Shown: one piece after another, positions 1-13,669 of the stretch
Numbering within the stretch: position 1 is the stretch's first letter
How the letters are laid out: each line of letters begins with the position of its first letter
From: Dicyema japonicum
Taxonomy: Eukaryota; Animalia; Dicyemida
Reading direction: 5' to 3'
DNA: 64,000 nucleotides
NCBI GenBank assembly: GCA_011109175.1
Contig: RDEW01000053.1
Location: 248,001-312,000 of the forward strand
Translations under genes and position numbers: made by a program
The notes under the pieces: model-generated
The model's input: the letters and a program-made list of their open reading frames with translations, nothing else
Told to the model about the DNA's origin: nothing
The model's database searches: none

Positions 1-2460
1 GAAAAAAACTTCATGTCCAATCTAAACAAGCAGAACTCCCTTACAAAAATGTGGAAAACACTTAGAAGCTTTATTAACGCTGACAACCCACACGATGAAA
101 TTCTTCCTAAACAAACTTATGAAGTACTACTCCTCCACGAGTTTCAACCCACACAAGAAATTCGAAGGTCCATCCATCCTAGCCCTCAATCCTAAAAGAG
201 TCACCTCCCCGATTTCTTCTCTGTGGAGAACGTATAGAATATGGTCAAGGGTCAAAAACCGATTTATTCCTGTGGTCCGGACGGAATCCCTGCAATAGTT
301 CTGAAAATCATAGGCCCTTATGCTATCATGGCCCTCACAAAAATTTCAACTTTTCAATCAACGAAAATTGAATTTCTTCCATTTGGAAGCTATCAAACAT
401 ACAATCAATTCTGAAACCCGGGCGACCAAAGGGATCATTAGCCTCATGCAGACAAATATCTCTCCAATGTGTTACATCAAAACTTTAGGAAAAGCTGATT
501 CTTGAACTAATCAAACCATACCTTTGATGCACCTTTTCAACACGGATTCAGAAAAGGCACTCTACAGAAACGCATCTTACATGCCTTACAAATTTCATCA
601 AGGATGGCTAAAACGCAAACCTCATCAGAAGTCATTGCTCCATCGATATAGAAAAAGCTTTCTACACTGTCCCAAGAAAACTTTTGATAAGGAAGATCTT
701 TACGTCAAAAATCCCAAACAACCTGAAAATCTGGATTGCTAATTTCCTAAATGGAAGAAGAGGAAGAGTAACTGCTGGAAAAACTAGATCAGTGACCAAG
801 TTCCTTCCAAATGGGGTCCCTCAAGGATCTCCAATGTCAATACACCTATTCAACCTATTCCTAAATGATATGCCCTCCCTTATTAGTGACGATACTCTGG
901 TTCTGACATATGCGAATGATATAATCGTCGCAGTCAAAGACCAGTGCGTTAATACTGCTGTATACCGGCTACAAGCTTCATTGGAGGATCTGAACTGTTG
1001 GCTCGTTAAGAACATTCTACATACAAGTCCCGAAAAGTCTTAACGACAATTTTCACAACAAACAGAAAAGTGACAAAATCAGCTCCATATGTAACCATAA
1101 ATAGAAAATAAATCCGTACGACTAACTCGGTCAAGATACTGTGCGTAACATACGAGCCACTCTTGACCTTTAGCAAACACATCGACGACGTCATCTCCTC
1201 GGCACAACGAAAGCTAAATTTTGTTAAAACACTCCTTGGACAATATAAGGGTGTTTCAAATCAAATTTGGACTCGCTCTACGTGCAGCATATTCAACCGT
1301 CTCTAACTACGGGTGTGCTGCATGGGGAACCAATCTATCAAACGCGAATATGGAAAAATCAATACATTCCAAAAATGGCCAGTAAGGCTCTGCAAAGGTT
1401 TTCCCAGACACCTCTAAACCCTACACCATTTGAGGAATTAGTGAGAAAAACCGGAGCCTTATTACCCCCAAAAAAGTTAGAAACCTCCGCCCAATCCGGA
1501 AATGCATTGGAACCTGTGCGAAAATCGATTAAATGCATGTTCCGGAAAGTCAGCAGTCACTCTATTCACTAAAAATAGAAGGATGGGAACGCAAACAATT
1601 GATTTCACGTTAAATGGAGTACCTATACCACAAAAGAAATCGCAGAAGTTACTGGGAGTAACTTTTGATACTTTCCTCTGTTTCTCAGCCCATGTGGAAT
1701 CCATCATATCAACATGTGCAAAGAAGATCAATTTTGTAAAACCCTTCCTTTGGAACTGTGGAGGAATTTATCCGCCAGTTGTCGGGACCCTCTACAAGCA
1801 GTATATCGATCCAACAATAGGCTATGCATGTGCTGCGTGGGGATCTAACCTGGCGGCAACGAACCTAATAAAAATTCAAGAGATCCAGTCATGAGCAGTA
1901 AATTTATTTGAACGATATACAGATAACGAAATTGCCCCGAGAACATTAGAGTCAATCATAGAGTCAACTGAAGGAAATTTCATAAGAGGAGGGAAAAAAG
2001 ACCTCCGTCCGTATAGAAAATGTGTGGGGTCGCAGTCGGATCATCGAGAATAGATGGCCCGATTATTGAAAGATTCCAGAATCACCTGAACATTAGTCAG
2101 TAGTTAAGACGGTGTTTCTTTGGCTTAAATAATAATGACATCTCCATGGCGGCCTCGTTTCTGATGAGGCGACGTTGAAGAATGGCCAGGGCTTCCTACG
2201 TTTTTGCAAGGAACTGGGAAACTTATTAAAGGAAAAGGTGGCCCATGCAGAGGAATTTTGGTCGGTTATAAAAAAATGTACGCCGATTGAATTCCTATGC
2301 AGAAAAAAGAAAAGGCGCTTCCGGAATGCGGTTGGGTCATCAGAAGACCAGGCGAAAAAAGAGTTCGGATGTTGTTGGAGGCTGGGATCACCTAATTAGT
2401 TAGTTGAGACTTATCTTTCTTGGTGGTCTTGGAGTTAAATAAATAAATAAAAATAAATAA
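1..2460 (+). mobile_element. Decayed APE-type non-LTR retrotransposon (Jockey/I-like RT), at least two overlapping fragments, ending in a stem-loop plus (AAAT)n tail
   Basis: Frameshifted RT motifs: GPDGIP (~270-290), NGVPQGSPMS...LFNLFL, TYANDII (YADD-like) in ORF 684-1043, KLLGVTFD...F..HV in ORF 1502-1894. 3' end GGGATCACCTAATTAG...GGTGGTCTTGGAGTTAAATAAATAAATAAA at ~2385-2460. Confidence 0.85.
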
Positions 2461-2513
2461 ATTAATAAAAAACTAAGAGACCAGGAACAAATATCGAAGT
2501 AACATTAGTTGTC

Positions 2514-3275
2514 ATGACATCAAATAATCAAACAACAGACGCTGTGAGGGTAAGAGTTTCGAGCGAAGAAGGGAAACGATTATATGACTACGCAAACAAA
2601 TTAACGACAGATAATCTCCTAAAAATGGACGATAATGAGAAAAGGGGAGACATTCACCGTACAAAAATGATGATCACTCCTATCAGTGGTGAGGAAATCG
2701 TCAAGATCCCTCGAGTTAAGCAAGAAGCCTCCAGAAACGCCGAACTCGACAAAGGAAACAGAATGAAGGGCATTCTCGACATCAAAGCGAACATCAAAGA
2801 TACGCCGACATCTCAGAAAACACGGAAATTAAGCAATATATTCCCAGATTCTACTCCAGAAGAGTCCAGAACCCCAAGTAAACGACGAAACAGCGATCTA
2901 ATGAAGGAATGTATGGACCAAAGTGTTGTCCGCCCAGATCTGGGTCCGAGATTGAGGGTAAACTACGGGGGAGTCAAAAACATGGAAAACGACAGGGGAC
3001 AGAGTATGCAAAATATATTTCACAATTACGGGGCAAACTACGAGTCAATCCAACCAGCCAAGGAAGTACGGAGGGACACAAAATTCGGCGTGAGGGACAT
3101 TCTAGAAAATCAGGATAGTCGACCTCCCCCGGTCGTTTACAGAGAAAAGTCGGCAGTGATGCGCAAAAACCACGGAGAGGCTATGAGACAGTTTTTCCAC
3201 AATGCAGGAAGAAAGCAATATATAAATATCCCCGGAATCAGGTCCACCGCTAGGACCAAACAGAAATTTGCCTGA
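2514..3275 (+). CDS. Intronless 253-aa hydrophilic ORF, no recognised domain; possibly of mobile-element origin
   Basis: Uninterrupted ATG-to-TGA frame from the ORF track. No motif recognised. Flanked by a LINE tail and an rDNA fragment. Confidence 0.4.
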   Translation: MTSNNQTTDAVRVRVSSEEGKRLYDYANKLTTDNLLKMDDNEKRGDIHRTKMMITPISGEEIVKIPRVKQEASRNAELDKGNRMKGILDIKANIKDTPTSQKTRKLSNIFPDSTPEESRTPSKRRNSDLMKECMDQSVVRPDLGPRLRVNYGGVKNMENDRGQSMQNIFHNYGANYESIQPAKEVRRDTKFGVRDILENQDSRPPPVVYREKSAVMRKNHGEAMRQFFHNAGRKQYINIPGIRSTARTKQKFA

Positions 3276-3349
3276 CATTACGCTGTATAATATAACTGAC
3301 TCTATTTTTCGTAAGGGAGGACCCACGTGTCATCTGTTGGGTACCTTTT

Positions 3350-3855
3350 CTGTATTTTTTATGTAAATTAAGTAATGCCGTACTATCCCATCCGGGAAGG
3401 CCTATAGGAGTCGTTCGGATCCGAAAACAGTGTCATTTTCGGAGTTTGGCTGGGGCGGTACATCTGCTAAACGATAACGCAGATATCCAAAGGTGAGCTC
3501 AGGCGGAACAGAAATCTGCCATCTGTAAAAGCTCGCCTTATTTGCATGTTCAGTACGTGTGCAAAACGCGAAAGCGTGGCCTATCGAACCTTATGCTTTT
3601 AAAACTTTAAGCTAAAGGTGACATAAAAGTTACCACAGGGATAATTGGCTTGTGGCGTCCAAGTGTACATAGCGACGGCGCTTTTTGATCTCTAGATGTT
3701 GGTTTTTCCTATCATTGCGACGCATATACCGCAAAGTGTAGGATTGTTCACCCACAACAGGGAACGTGAGCTGAGTTTAGACCATCGTGAGATAGGTGAG
3801 TTTTAGCTTACTGATTCAGTGTCGTTGCAACAGTAATTTTGCAAATTACGTGATG
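3350..3855 (+). pseudogene. Degenerate 28S (LSU) rRNA fragment
   Basis: Recognisable LSU motifs GGAGTTTGGCTGGGGCGGTACATCTG, AAAAGTTACCACAGGGATAA, GGATTGTTCACCCAC..AGGGAACGTGAGCTGAGTTTAGACC.TCGTGAGA.AGG, with substitutions in normally invariant positions. No flanking rDNA. Confidence 0.9.
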
Positions 3856-4629
3856 GTGGAAAATCACTCTCTTAAGTAAGTAAATTGGGAAAAATCACTT
3901 TCAGTTGAATAGAAGGGTTCATGCGGTCTTGTTCTTTAGGTGCTCATGGTGGTGCTGTCCTGGTAGATAAAGGGTTCACGTGGTGGTTAAAATAAAACTA
4001 CTTTATCGAGATCTTCAAGTCATGTCACAAGAACACGATTCCCTCATATCGCATAAAAGCCGATAAAACGTCTGCTCAATCTCCCAAAAGTTTTCTAACA
4101 CGTGCTCGCCATGTGAGATGGTTTACGCTTGCAATATTCGTCATTTCCACTATTTACACGTTGATCGACGATGAAAGACATATACCTACCAAGGAAGTTT
4201 CTTACATGTTTTTTGTTGGGAGTTCTCTTCCTAAGTGGCATTGCCTCCATCTCCAATGTACATAAGCTAGATTTTTAATGTCCTCGTAAAGATTAGCCAC
4301 GTGTTAGGTCAGAAAACTGGTGGCTGAAAGATTACTAATATTACGATTAATAATTCCACTTTCCCCTATGGCGACGGTTCCTGTCTAAGTTCCCCCATTT
4401 ATGCTTGAATGGATTGGAACCCAGCCATTAGTTCATCCAGTGGCTCCTTATTCCAATGTTCCCTCCATGGTTCATTAAGATTTTTATCAAGTCTTCTTCT
4501 CTTCCAGACATAGCATAGCTCCCTCCTTGCATTGAATAAAAATGGGAAGTTGACTTAACTAGCTTTTTAGGTTTAACAGATATCGGGCGTATAACCGGAT
4601 GCTTGTAGTTGCAATTATCATGGTAAAAA

Positions 4630-6740
4630 ATTATATTATTTTTTTATTTAACCCAAGACCACGGTAAAACCAAACTAATTATCACGTGATCCCGATGCAT
4701 TCTAACAGAGACCTCATCTTTGCCCGGTATTCTTCCTTTGTGCCCGCGCATGAAAGTACAGGACGGTTGCCTGAATTTTCAGGGCCACCTTCCCGTGATC
4801 TGGAGTCTAGTCTCATAAGGGCCTCCAGAGGCGTAGGTCCGGTTCGGTGATCTTCACAAATCCAACGTTACTCTGTAAACCCTCTTTTGCATTTCCTCAA
4901 TTTTCCTCATATTTGTCCAAGATAAGGACGGTCCCCACGAGGCGCATGCATATGAGAAACATGGCTCGATGTACTGTTTGTACACGTTCACAAGACTGGG
5001 TGAGTACCACTCTTCCATATTCCCGATATTTTTTCAATACGTTCGGTTTTTTCTCGCAATTCAATAGAATGTTTTCTACGTGTGGTGTCAAACAGAGATG
5101 CATATCAATTGTCACACTCAAGATCCTTTGACATCTGTGGAAAGGGATGTCGACCTTGTTTAACTTCAAGGTGACTGTCTTCCTTCCAATCTTTTGTCAG
5201 AGGTAAATAGTGACGTAGACGACTTCTCTGCATTCACCACGAGCCGCTTTTCCATTATCCAAGCATTAAGTCTGTCCAGGTTAATTTGTATTCTTTCTGT
5301 GGTCTTCTGGATGTCCTGATCTCGCGAAGTCAACACAATGTCATCCCCATAGGAAAGTAGAACATCATTATTAGATTCAAGAGTCGGGAGATCAGCCAGA
5401 AATAGGTTAAACAGAGCAGGGGATAAATGAGATCCTTGAGGGACTCCGTTGGGGAGGAGTCGTGAGATTGATTTCAGACCTCCGAGAAAAACACGTCCCT
5501 TCGTCCACTTAGGAAGTTAGTAATCCAAAGCTTTAGCTTCCCTGGGATTTCCGAGTGAAATATTTTTTTCGATAGAATTTTCCTAGAGACTGAGTCAAAA
5601 GCTTAATGTATGTCAATCGTGCAGAGCACGGTTTTAAAGTGTCTCGGCTTGGTTGTGAATTCGACTCGAATGAAGTCGGTCAATGTTTGCAAGTATGTAG
5701 ACGTGAATTTCTCATTTTTGAATCCATGTTGAAAAGACTTTTCTGGTAAAAATTCTTTTATTCTCCCGAGCACAAGCTTCTCCAGAATTTTTGACAATTA
5801 ACATAGCAGTGACACCGGTCTAAAAGACGTTGGGTCATATCTCTAGGTCTTACTAGTTTCAGAACTGGCCGTATTAGAGCCTGTTTCCATGACAACGGTA
5901 TCACATTCTGATTAATTGAATAGTTGAAAATCGACGTTAGGAAAGTGACTCCTCCGTCTCCAAGGTTTTTTAATAAGATAACCGGAATGTTGTCTGGTCC
6001 GTGGGAGTATGTCGTTTTTACGGAATGTATTGTATCCCTCACCTCTCTCTCAGAAAAGATGAGTGGTTCTGATATTCTCTTTAGTTTCCTGCGTGATGGT
6101 AGTGTATCAGACTTCATGTGCTCCTTGTGTGAAATTTTAGCATAGAATTCAACCTCTGGGCCTTGAGTTCTTTGGCCTTTATTTCATTATTCAATGTTCT
6201 GATCCGGAGTTTCATATCCAAGCTTATCCGGTTAGACTTTTTAAGCTGATTTCTTTCATTAATCAAGGTCGTCTTCCTTCGTCCACTTGACGAATTTAAG
6301 TACTGTTTGTGTAAAACCCTTGATCTTGCTTCCAAGATTATGTGGGTAAAGTATCTGATGGCAATCTTCAGAGAACTTAAGCTATCCAAGTAACAATTCT
6401 TCATTTTTTCATCTGAGATTTCGCGATACAATTTCCAGTTAGCATCTTTGTAATTGTAGCTGCTAGAAATTTTCCTCACGTTAGCCTCTCTTTTGATCTT
6501 CACTACAATTTGATTATGGTCGCTTCTTGTTTCGTAGAGGACTGACCAATCAATTTTTTATGAAAGCGACGATGAGCAGAGTGTTACGTCCGGTGAGGTA
6601 TGTTTATCTGTCTCTCTCAGTGGTGTCCTTGTATTTCTCGATGGATTATTCAATATCGTTAGGGAGTCCGTTTGAGATGATAATAGTTTACCTCTCATGT
6701 CAGCTAATTGAGTTGACAGCCATAAGGGATGCTTAGCATT
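4630..6740 (-). mobile_element. Decayed APE-type LINE (Jockey/I-like): end of endonuclease, RT, and 3' tail
   Basis: YNYKDANWKLY (end of APE region), SHGPDNIP, SKILEKLV..FQHGFK..T, NGVPQGSHLSPALFNLFL, SYGDDIV. 3' stem-loop and A-rich tail at ~4630-4700. Confidence 0.85.
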
Positions 6741-6875
6741 TAAATTTTAAAATTAAAAATGAATATTTGTCAGAAATAATTTGATAATTTATTTAATTAA
6801 GTAATTTAATTTATAAAATATTCAATCATTAAAATTATAAAAATAAATAAAAATAATAAATAATAAGCGGGTTAA

Positions 6876-8004
6876 ATGATAAGCCAGGCATTGTTGAACA
6901 AGGAATCAAAATTACTCACAGAAGTCCTACAAAGCAGGTGCAATTCGATTAGTAAAGGGTTTGAGTGACTGATTATTGCAGAAATAAACCCGAAATGGTC
7001 AATGTTACTGCTCATGGTTTCTGTGGAGCTTATTATAGACTTTTTTGGCATAACATATGCAATCACTAACCCTAACGAAGACAGATACAAAATTAGGGTT
7101 GACCAGTGATGACTCTGATCTTTAGATTGCCATGAAGTTCCCGCTGTTGGAAACATTTGGAGATTCTATCAATCAAGTATTCCCTATCTGAGTAACTTAG
7201 TACCTGAAAAACTACTTCGGGGACATTTTATCCTTCGAGGATGGTTTGGGGGTACCTTAACGGATCATAGGATTCTGTGCTGTGCTCACATACACTCTTA
7301 TCTCCCCCTTGCCCGAAAAATACGCCGAGGAGATCAAAAAGGCCCAATTTCTCAAGAGAACGTGCATTTACGGGATCGTCAACGAATATTTCAAAGCGTA
7401 TAAAAATAAATCCCCCAAACCAGACCTGGTCTTGAATACTGGAAGGAACGACAAATTGTAGTCACGTGACTTATTCGAGGTATTTACTAACGAACAACGG
7501 ACTGGTCTTCATTTACAGCTTGGTGAACCACGACCCGGCTCAGTTTCTGTTTGTCAAAAACTTTGCTCAGGTTCCCTGCTTTAAAGATGAGGGAATTTAA
7601 AAATATTCAAAAATACAACACGATGGGCCCGATCACGGTATACTCCGAGTCCAATCCCCCACCTGAACTGGAACAGTACAAGTTGAAGCCAAATGATAGC
7701 ACGTGCTACATTACTTTTTGTAAGCGAGTGGGCAAAACGTAGTCTTCGACAACCGCTTCACCAACGACAAGGGTGCGAACACTGTGGCTGACTTGATCAC
7801 GCTGCTACCAATGCAGATTTACTACAGCATTGCTAACTATAATGTATGGTGGACGTTTTATGGCTAGACCTTCTTTATTTCGAGGCTGAGGGAACAAAGC
7901 GTCACATTCATCAAGTACATCAACAGGAGTAGGTACGACGCGGACACTCAAAAGAGTATCAAGTTGTTATGTTCTTTCTAACTTTCAGAGGGCGGACCAG
8001 TTGA
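6876..8004 (+). CDS. ARPC2: Arp2/3 complex subunit 2 (p34-Arc), ~10 exons
   Basis: Removing GT-AG introns of 30, 28, 24, 27, 22, ~21, 23, 24 and 26 nt gives IDFFGITYAITNPNEDRYK, KKAQFLKRTCIYGIVNEYF, EFKNIQKYNTMGPITVYSESNPPPEL, CYITFFFDNRFTN and SRLREQSVTFIKYINRSRYDADTQKSIKGRTS*. These are collinear with recalled ARPC2 motifs (DFDGVLYHISNPNGD, MLKRNCFASVFEKYF, EFKEG..APQVLFS.REPPLEL, GYITF, RMRAKTSDFLKVLNRAR). The junction at 7571-7593 needs one G fewer or a 16-nt intron. Confidence 0.88.
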
Positions 8005-8467
8005 TGGGGGACACTTGCCTATCTACTAATAATAGGATATTTGTTAACCATTCGGTTATTTTGAATTTGATCTTGCAAGTTGGTCGAATGTGGTCTTTAG
8101 TGTTGGGGATATGTGAATGGGGGAATCCTTGATCAAGTAGACTAGGCTGTTTAAGTATTCGTTGGAAGACATTGGCAAACAAACTCAACCTCCCTCACCT
8201 TACCAAGCAATTGCCTGTACTTTACCCACGTGGCAGAGAAAGGGTTGACTTTATACTCCATCAACTGGATAAGTACATTTACCAACTACGGGACATTTCA
8301 TTCGTACTTCGATTCTGTTAGATCACGTGTTTACTGGGTATATGCAAGTGCTGGGGGTAATCGAATGCTAAATCCTGTAATATTATCCAAGATTGTGACT
8401 TTGGGTTAAATATCGATAAAATTTGAATATTTTTGAAAAAGCGATTTTTCAACGAAAGCAATGAATT

Positions 8468-10556
8468 TTATAGACTAAAAGACGCAAGTTCTGGCTTATT
8501 TTTCGGTGTTAAGGGCCTTATATGCCTGATTGCCTGCATGGAAGCTGCTATGAAGACAATCCCCGAGGCAATGTAGAAGGTATTGACGACTCCAACGGAC
8601 TCATCCGATACTAACTTTCCTGCAATAAACGTGAGTGATCAACCAAATCCAATGATACCGACAATATATCCGACTCCTTTTACAAGCATGTGTATCGACA
8701 GAGAAGCCGTGAGCTTCTGGATTCCCAAAGTATTACAGAATATCAAAGGAGGCGTGTAGAACACATTGCCTTGAATGTTAAACCCAACCCACCATAACTG
8801 AGGCCATAACAAATGGAATTGATGGCCATTCCCGTCAAAGATGTCCTCAAAATGGGCATTAGGAGCATGCATATGAACATGAGGTAAAATCCACAGTCGT
8901 TGTACTTGAAGACGTCGACTCCACCCTTTTCGATGATGAATCCGCTAGAGAACCGAGATATCATCCCTCCCACCCCTAAAATGACCTGAATCACCACCTA
9001 GTAGGGAGATCAAAATATCCCCGTGTTTACAGGAGTCCTCTGTTAGTTGAATCATGAACAAGTAGGGGATCAGGACCACGCAAAACATCATGAAGGAGGC
9101 AATGTAGTATATTACGATGAAGGTGGACTTGAAAATAGCCTTGTTGAACAAAATTCTTTTCATTCCTCCACCATGAACGACCTCTTCAATTGTGGGGATG
9201 TTTACGAGACTCTTGAGGTCATTTTCGTCGCAAATGAAACCCTTCTCTGCAAGACTGTGACGACTGCTTGTGTGCAGCAATTCTAGCTTATTGAAGGGAT
9301 TTGTGTAGATTTTGCTGATCCACTTCATTATCAGTCTCTTAGCCTTCGCATTCACGCATTCCGAACGCTTCCTGGACTCATATTTTTTACGAAATATGTC
9401 CCCCTCGCTCACACTGAAGCGGAACTGGCTTTTCTTGCCGATTTTATATTCCACCAGCTGGATGAGTCGATTTACCATGTCCGGGACATTTCGACTCTCT
9501 CTTCGTATCTCCATGATGTTGGAACACGTGCTTCCTAGGTATGTTCGTGTGCTGGTAGTAAAGCACGACAGATTCCCTTCGGAGATTTCGGGGGTTTCTA
9601 CTTTATTTTTGCAGGTTATCAAGGCGTCCATCAGATTTTCGTCGTTAGTCGGCTTCTTGGATGATTTCTGGGTTTGGAGATACCCTGAAGGAATGTCCCC
9701 CAGTGAGAAATGCCGGATTCTAAGTTATCGGATCAGAAATACGGATGTTGGTGGTCACAAAGGTTTCGGTTTACGTTGAAATTGATAGCATTCCCTTCTG
9801 TTGATAACCCATCATCCCCGCCTTCGCACTGAGTGACCATTTTCGGGGGACTGATCGGTCTCATTGTTAGTGATAGTGGGATGGATAAAGCCACGAACCC
9901 TGAGATCATGATCAAACTCCCATGCCAGCCATATTGGCGTAGACAAGTCGAAATTATCACTGGAAATATGCTGGATCCAAAACTGGAACCCAAGCAGGCC
10001 AAGCTCAGAGCCACGGGTCTCCTCTTATCAAAATAGAAGCCCACCATGACCTGGGCACTAAATGAAAGCGTGCATAAAGCGCCCCCTATGGTTTACTAGT
10101 ACAGCCTAACCAGCCAAGAAGCCCATAGTGAGAAGCAAGACCCCAAAGGAGGGGGCATAATATGAGCACAGGAAACTCCCAGAAGCCAGGATAGAAGAAG
10201 CAATACAAATCGGTCTCACTCCAAATCGGTCGAAGAGAAACCCGACGATTGGTCCTAGGTGATGAGTATGATCTCTTACCAAAGGCATAGGTGATGGAGT
10301 ATAGTATGGAGATGACTAGGGAGGCCATAAAGAGGGAAACGTTGAATGTCTCCTGAATGCTTGGAATGACGACTCCAGTGGACCCAAGGATTCCGTCCAC
10401 AATGGTGTTGAATATAAATGAGGCAAAAACAACGACCCACCCCCACCCACCGTCTGGGGGGACAGGGAGAGATATTATTTTGGTTAGGATATCTCTTTCA
10501 AGGTTTAATTCTTCAGGGAACTGAAGTTGGTCGATTCCGTCAAAGCCGTTGCTCAT
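8468..10556 (-). CDS. MFS transporter, monocarboxylate transporter (SLC16/MCT) family, 7 exons, frame intact
   Basis: N-terminal PPDGGWGWVVVFASF signature; GPIVGFLFDRFGVRP; VGFYFDKRRPVALSLACLGSS; long central loop. Six GT-AG introns (25, 25, 23, 22, 23, 24 nt) join all ORF pieces in frame to TAA at 8468-8470. Confidence 0.92.
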
Positions 10557-11399
10557 GTCCGCACAAAAACGCCACCACAGTTTTTCTAATAGACTAAACC
10601 GCAACCACACGCTGCACATGCCCAAACACAAGTTATTTTGGATTAATCTCCCCCGCCATGTTCGATCGATATGGCGAAACATTTCGCTTTGTGATGACAA
10701 CCGATCACTGCTGACAACCCCCAAGTTTTTTGTTTTCTAAATTATCGAAACCTCACAATTCTAGATAAAACAGTCATTGTCATACATTTTGAAATAACCC
10801 CGGATATACCAGAAATGTGTTTCACCTAGATCTCCCGTCGGAGTGGGACGTACCTTTTCCAACCATAACGTCCCTTCCAGGTATTTTCCACCACGGGAAC
10901 TTCTCTACAGGAGTAGGGACGGGAGGGTTCCTTTTCGGACGTCGGCCAGTCATTGGGTGTCTCCTGAGTTAGATGAATCTAATAAAGGGACATCCTTCCA
11001 CCAATAGGTGGGGGAGTGGAAATACAGGTGGAATAATTTAGCGTGAATCTCATAAAAGCTTGAAAACACCACAGGTACCCCGAGTTTAAGTTTTCTATGG
11101 AATTAACGGAATCTGATCAGGGAAACAGCAAATATCAATGTGGAGATAAGCAGAATCTGAAAGACGACCCTTAAGTGTAAGTCGAGAAATCGCTGACTAT
11201 GATTATCATGACTTCCTTCCAAGTAGTGAATACCCTCCAAGTGTAAAGAGGCTCAATGAAAATGAGGTCACATGACTGAAGAAATGGAGTCACCAAAACC
11301 GTTCCATTATAATAAAGCCGCATTTAACAATATTCTTGGTGGTAAACACACTTGTGATTGATTATTTGTAGTTATTAGATTTAGTGGGATTTTAACTTG

Positions 11400-12420
11400 G
11401 GCAAGATTAGAACACGTGGCACATGTGATATTCCTTTATATCTTATTTCATACTGGTGTAGTTTGGTGAGACGGAAAGGAATCAGGTGTCCCTTAGTACT
11501 CGATCACGGAATTAACACCTTTATGGGGTACTTCACTGTCGTATTACATAAGAGAGAAGCATCCTCATCCACCAAATTCCCAGAAGTCTTCGTATTATTT
11601 CTATCAGCCGATAATAATACAGACTATAACCATAGCTCAAGCCAAATCATCAGTTTCCTCATTCTGGGGATTCAAACTCATCCTTTGGTACATAGTCCAG
11701 TCCACATGCGAAGAGATCAAGAATGGAGTGGCCACGTGCAACATCTCTTAAGTCTTCAAGATGTTCTCCACATTTCATTTTTCTTTTGACGTACTTGAGA
11801 TCAGCAATAAGTATCCCAGCGTCCACAGAAATGTGTCTGTCTCAACAAAGTACTCATCGCTATATAAGCCGGGGAATCCATGTCCACTATGTCCAAAGAG
11901 CCTCCACCTCAAATCACTGATCTCGAGACTCAAAGGAAGCAAACATTGTACAAAGCATTCTTGTCTGTTTTCATTGACCAATTCAGTCCTGAAAATGTCC
12001 TGAGCTGCCTTTGATGAAACAAGTCTGTTAGACACCACCACCCTCTTCTCGAGATTGCGACTTGTCGGTGGCAGTCTAAATCATCTGGAACGGCATGACT
12101 CATCCGTAATTTGTCCCCAAGTAATTCCCATCGGGTCTTGGCAATAATTGTATCCAAGTGCTCGGATTTGTATCCCAGGTCACCAAGCAAAGACCTGACC
12201 TTTTTAGATCTCCTCCACATCTCATCGGTAAGTTTGCTTTCTCGTTTGATTGTAATAAGGTAGGTTTTTTCATTTATCTTCAGGAACCATCTCCAGGAGC
12301 ATGATTAAGAGCAATCCTGATATCATTGAGAAGTAGGACCAATTTTAGCTCTAAGTGAGGGGTGAGTATTTTAGAAGTTCTCCGTTTATACCGTCGATAC
12401 CGGACATTTTCCGTTATTCA
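11400..12420 (-). mobile_element. Heavily decayed RTE-like LINE fragment
   Basis: SGIDGINGELLKY (RT N-terminus) at ~12360-12410 and LRWRLFGH (RTE-like C-terminal motif). Many stops. Confidence 0.5.
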
Positions 12421-12479
12421 GTTTTTGCAAAGCCGTTTGTATCTTAGTTAGAGTTATAGGGATGTTTAAAAATCTCGGG

Positions 12480-13650
12480 TCTCAGACTAACTGATGTATC
12501 TCCTCAAAGTCGGCTATTTTTTCTGCCATCTCCTTTTTGTCAAACATTTTTCTTCATTAAAAATTGTTAGAGGCGTTTTCCGTCATTAATTGTAATACCG
12601 ATGCCCTGTCACTGACACTCCAGCACTTTTGAATCGAGGTCGCATATCGTCATTGGACCGTGGTGTCCATTCATCCTCGCAAATGCGGAGAAATCCGGAA
12701 CCACATCTACGAGTTCTAGATTCCGTCAGCAGGGGAAGTATTTCTGTTTCACATTGTGGTCCCAGCATACGTGTTGTTTTCCTTTACAGTAAGTTTAGTT
12801 TTTGGATAGTGGCCTCTGATAGCGCGAATCTCCACGCAGCAGAGACATATTCCACAGCCGGCGCAATTGTCTGGCGGTATATGGTTCAGATTGCTTTATT
12901 CATATTCGCTGGGGTCTTCTGGATGAGGACATTCAATTTCTGTAGTCCTTTGGTGATGACTTGTTTGGCATGCTAGGTAAAAGTGAGCAGCCTGTCGTAT
13001 GTCACTCCCAGGATTGAGGGGTTTCTTGTGACAGGTATCCGAGTATGTCCGATGAAGATTTCTGGTTCTTCTTTGGACTGACGGTCGGAGGTGAATAGAG
13101 TGCATGTTGATTTTGGATCTAATACCGAGAGACAGTTAGCTATCAACCAATCGTGGATACAATCCACTTTCTTCTGTGCGAGTGAGACTGCTTCTGATGT
13201 TGAACTGCTTCTTGTTGCAATGATGATATCGTCAGCATAAGAAAGCGTCAGCATGACCCTCCTACGTCTTCCAGATCAAAAAATTGGCCAACCATAGCAT
13301 CAAGTTGGGCGAATTTTTGAATCAAAGATTTTTCCAATTAAATGTTTCCTCGGTCAAACGCCTTGTTGATGTCAATCGAGACCATTGTTGTCCGCATGTT
13401 TTTGGGGCAGCGTTGAAACCATCCCCAATGAACTGCGAAAGCGTTGATAATAAAGTCGTGGTTGATCTTTTCAGAACGGAATCCGTGTTGGAAATTCGGT
13501 TCAGTTAGGGAAGGAGTAATTTCAGATAAGATCAGTGTTTCCAACACTAATGATATAGTAGAGGTCAATGAGATTGGTCTGTATGAACTGGGATCTCCTT
13601 TTGATTTTCCGGCCTTATGAATTGGAATGATGAGCGAATTCTTCCATGTT
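12480..13650 (-). mobile_element. Decayed Jockey/I-like LINE RT
   Basis: PNFQHGFRS, SIDINKAFD, LSYADDIII, ILGVTYDRLLTF, YRQTIAPAVEY motifs across frameshifted ORFs. Confidence 0.85.
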
Positions 13651-13669
13651 TTGGGGATAATTACATATT

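Noticed and set aside
3860-4620. Possible LTR gag-like remnant on the minus strand
   Set aside because: Too decayed; no diagnostic motif, LTR or primer-binding site recognised.
8010-8400. Possible small minus-strand gene between ARPC2 and the MCT gene
   Set aside because: Candidate GT-AG intervals exist, but no convincing continuous frame or motif was found.
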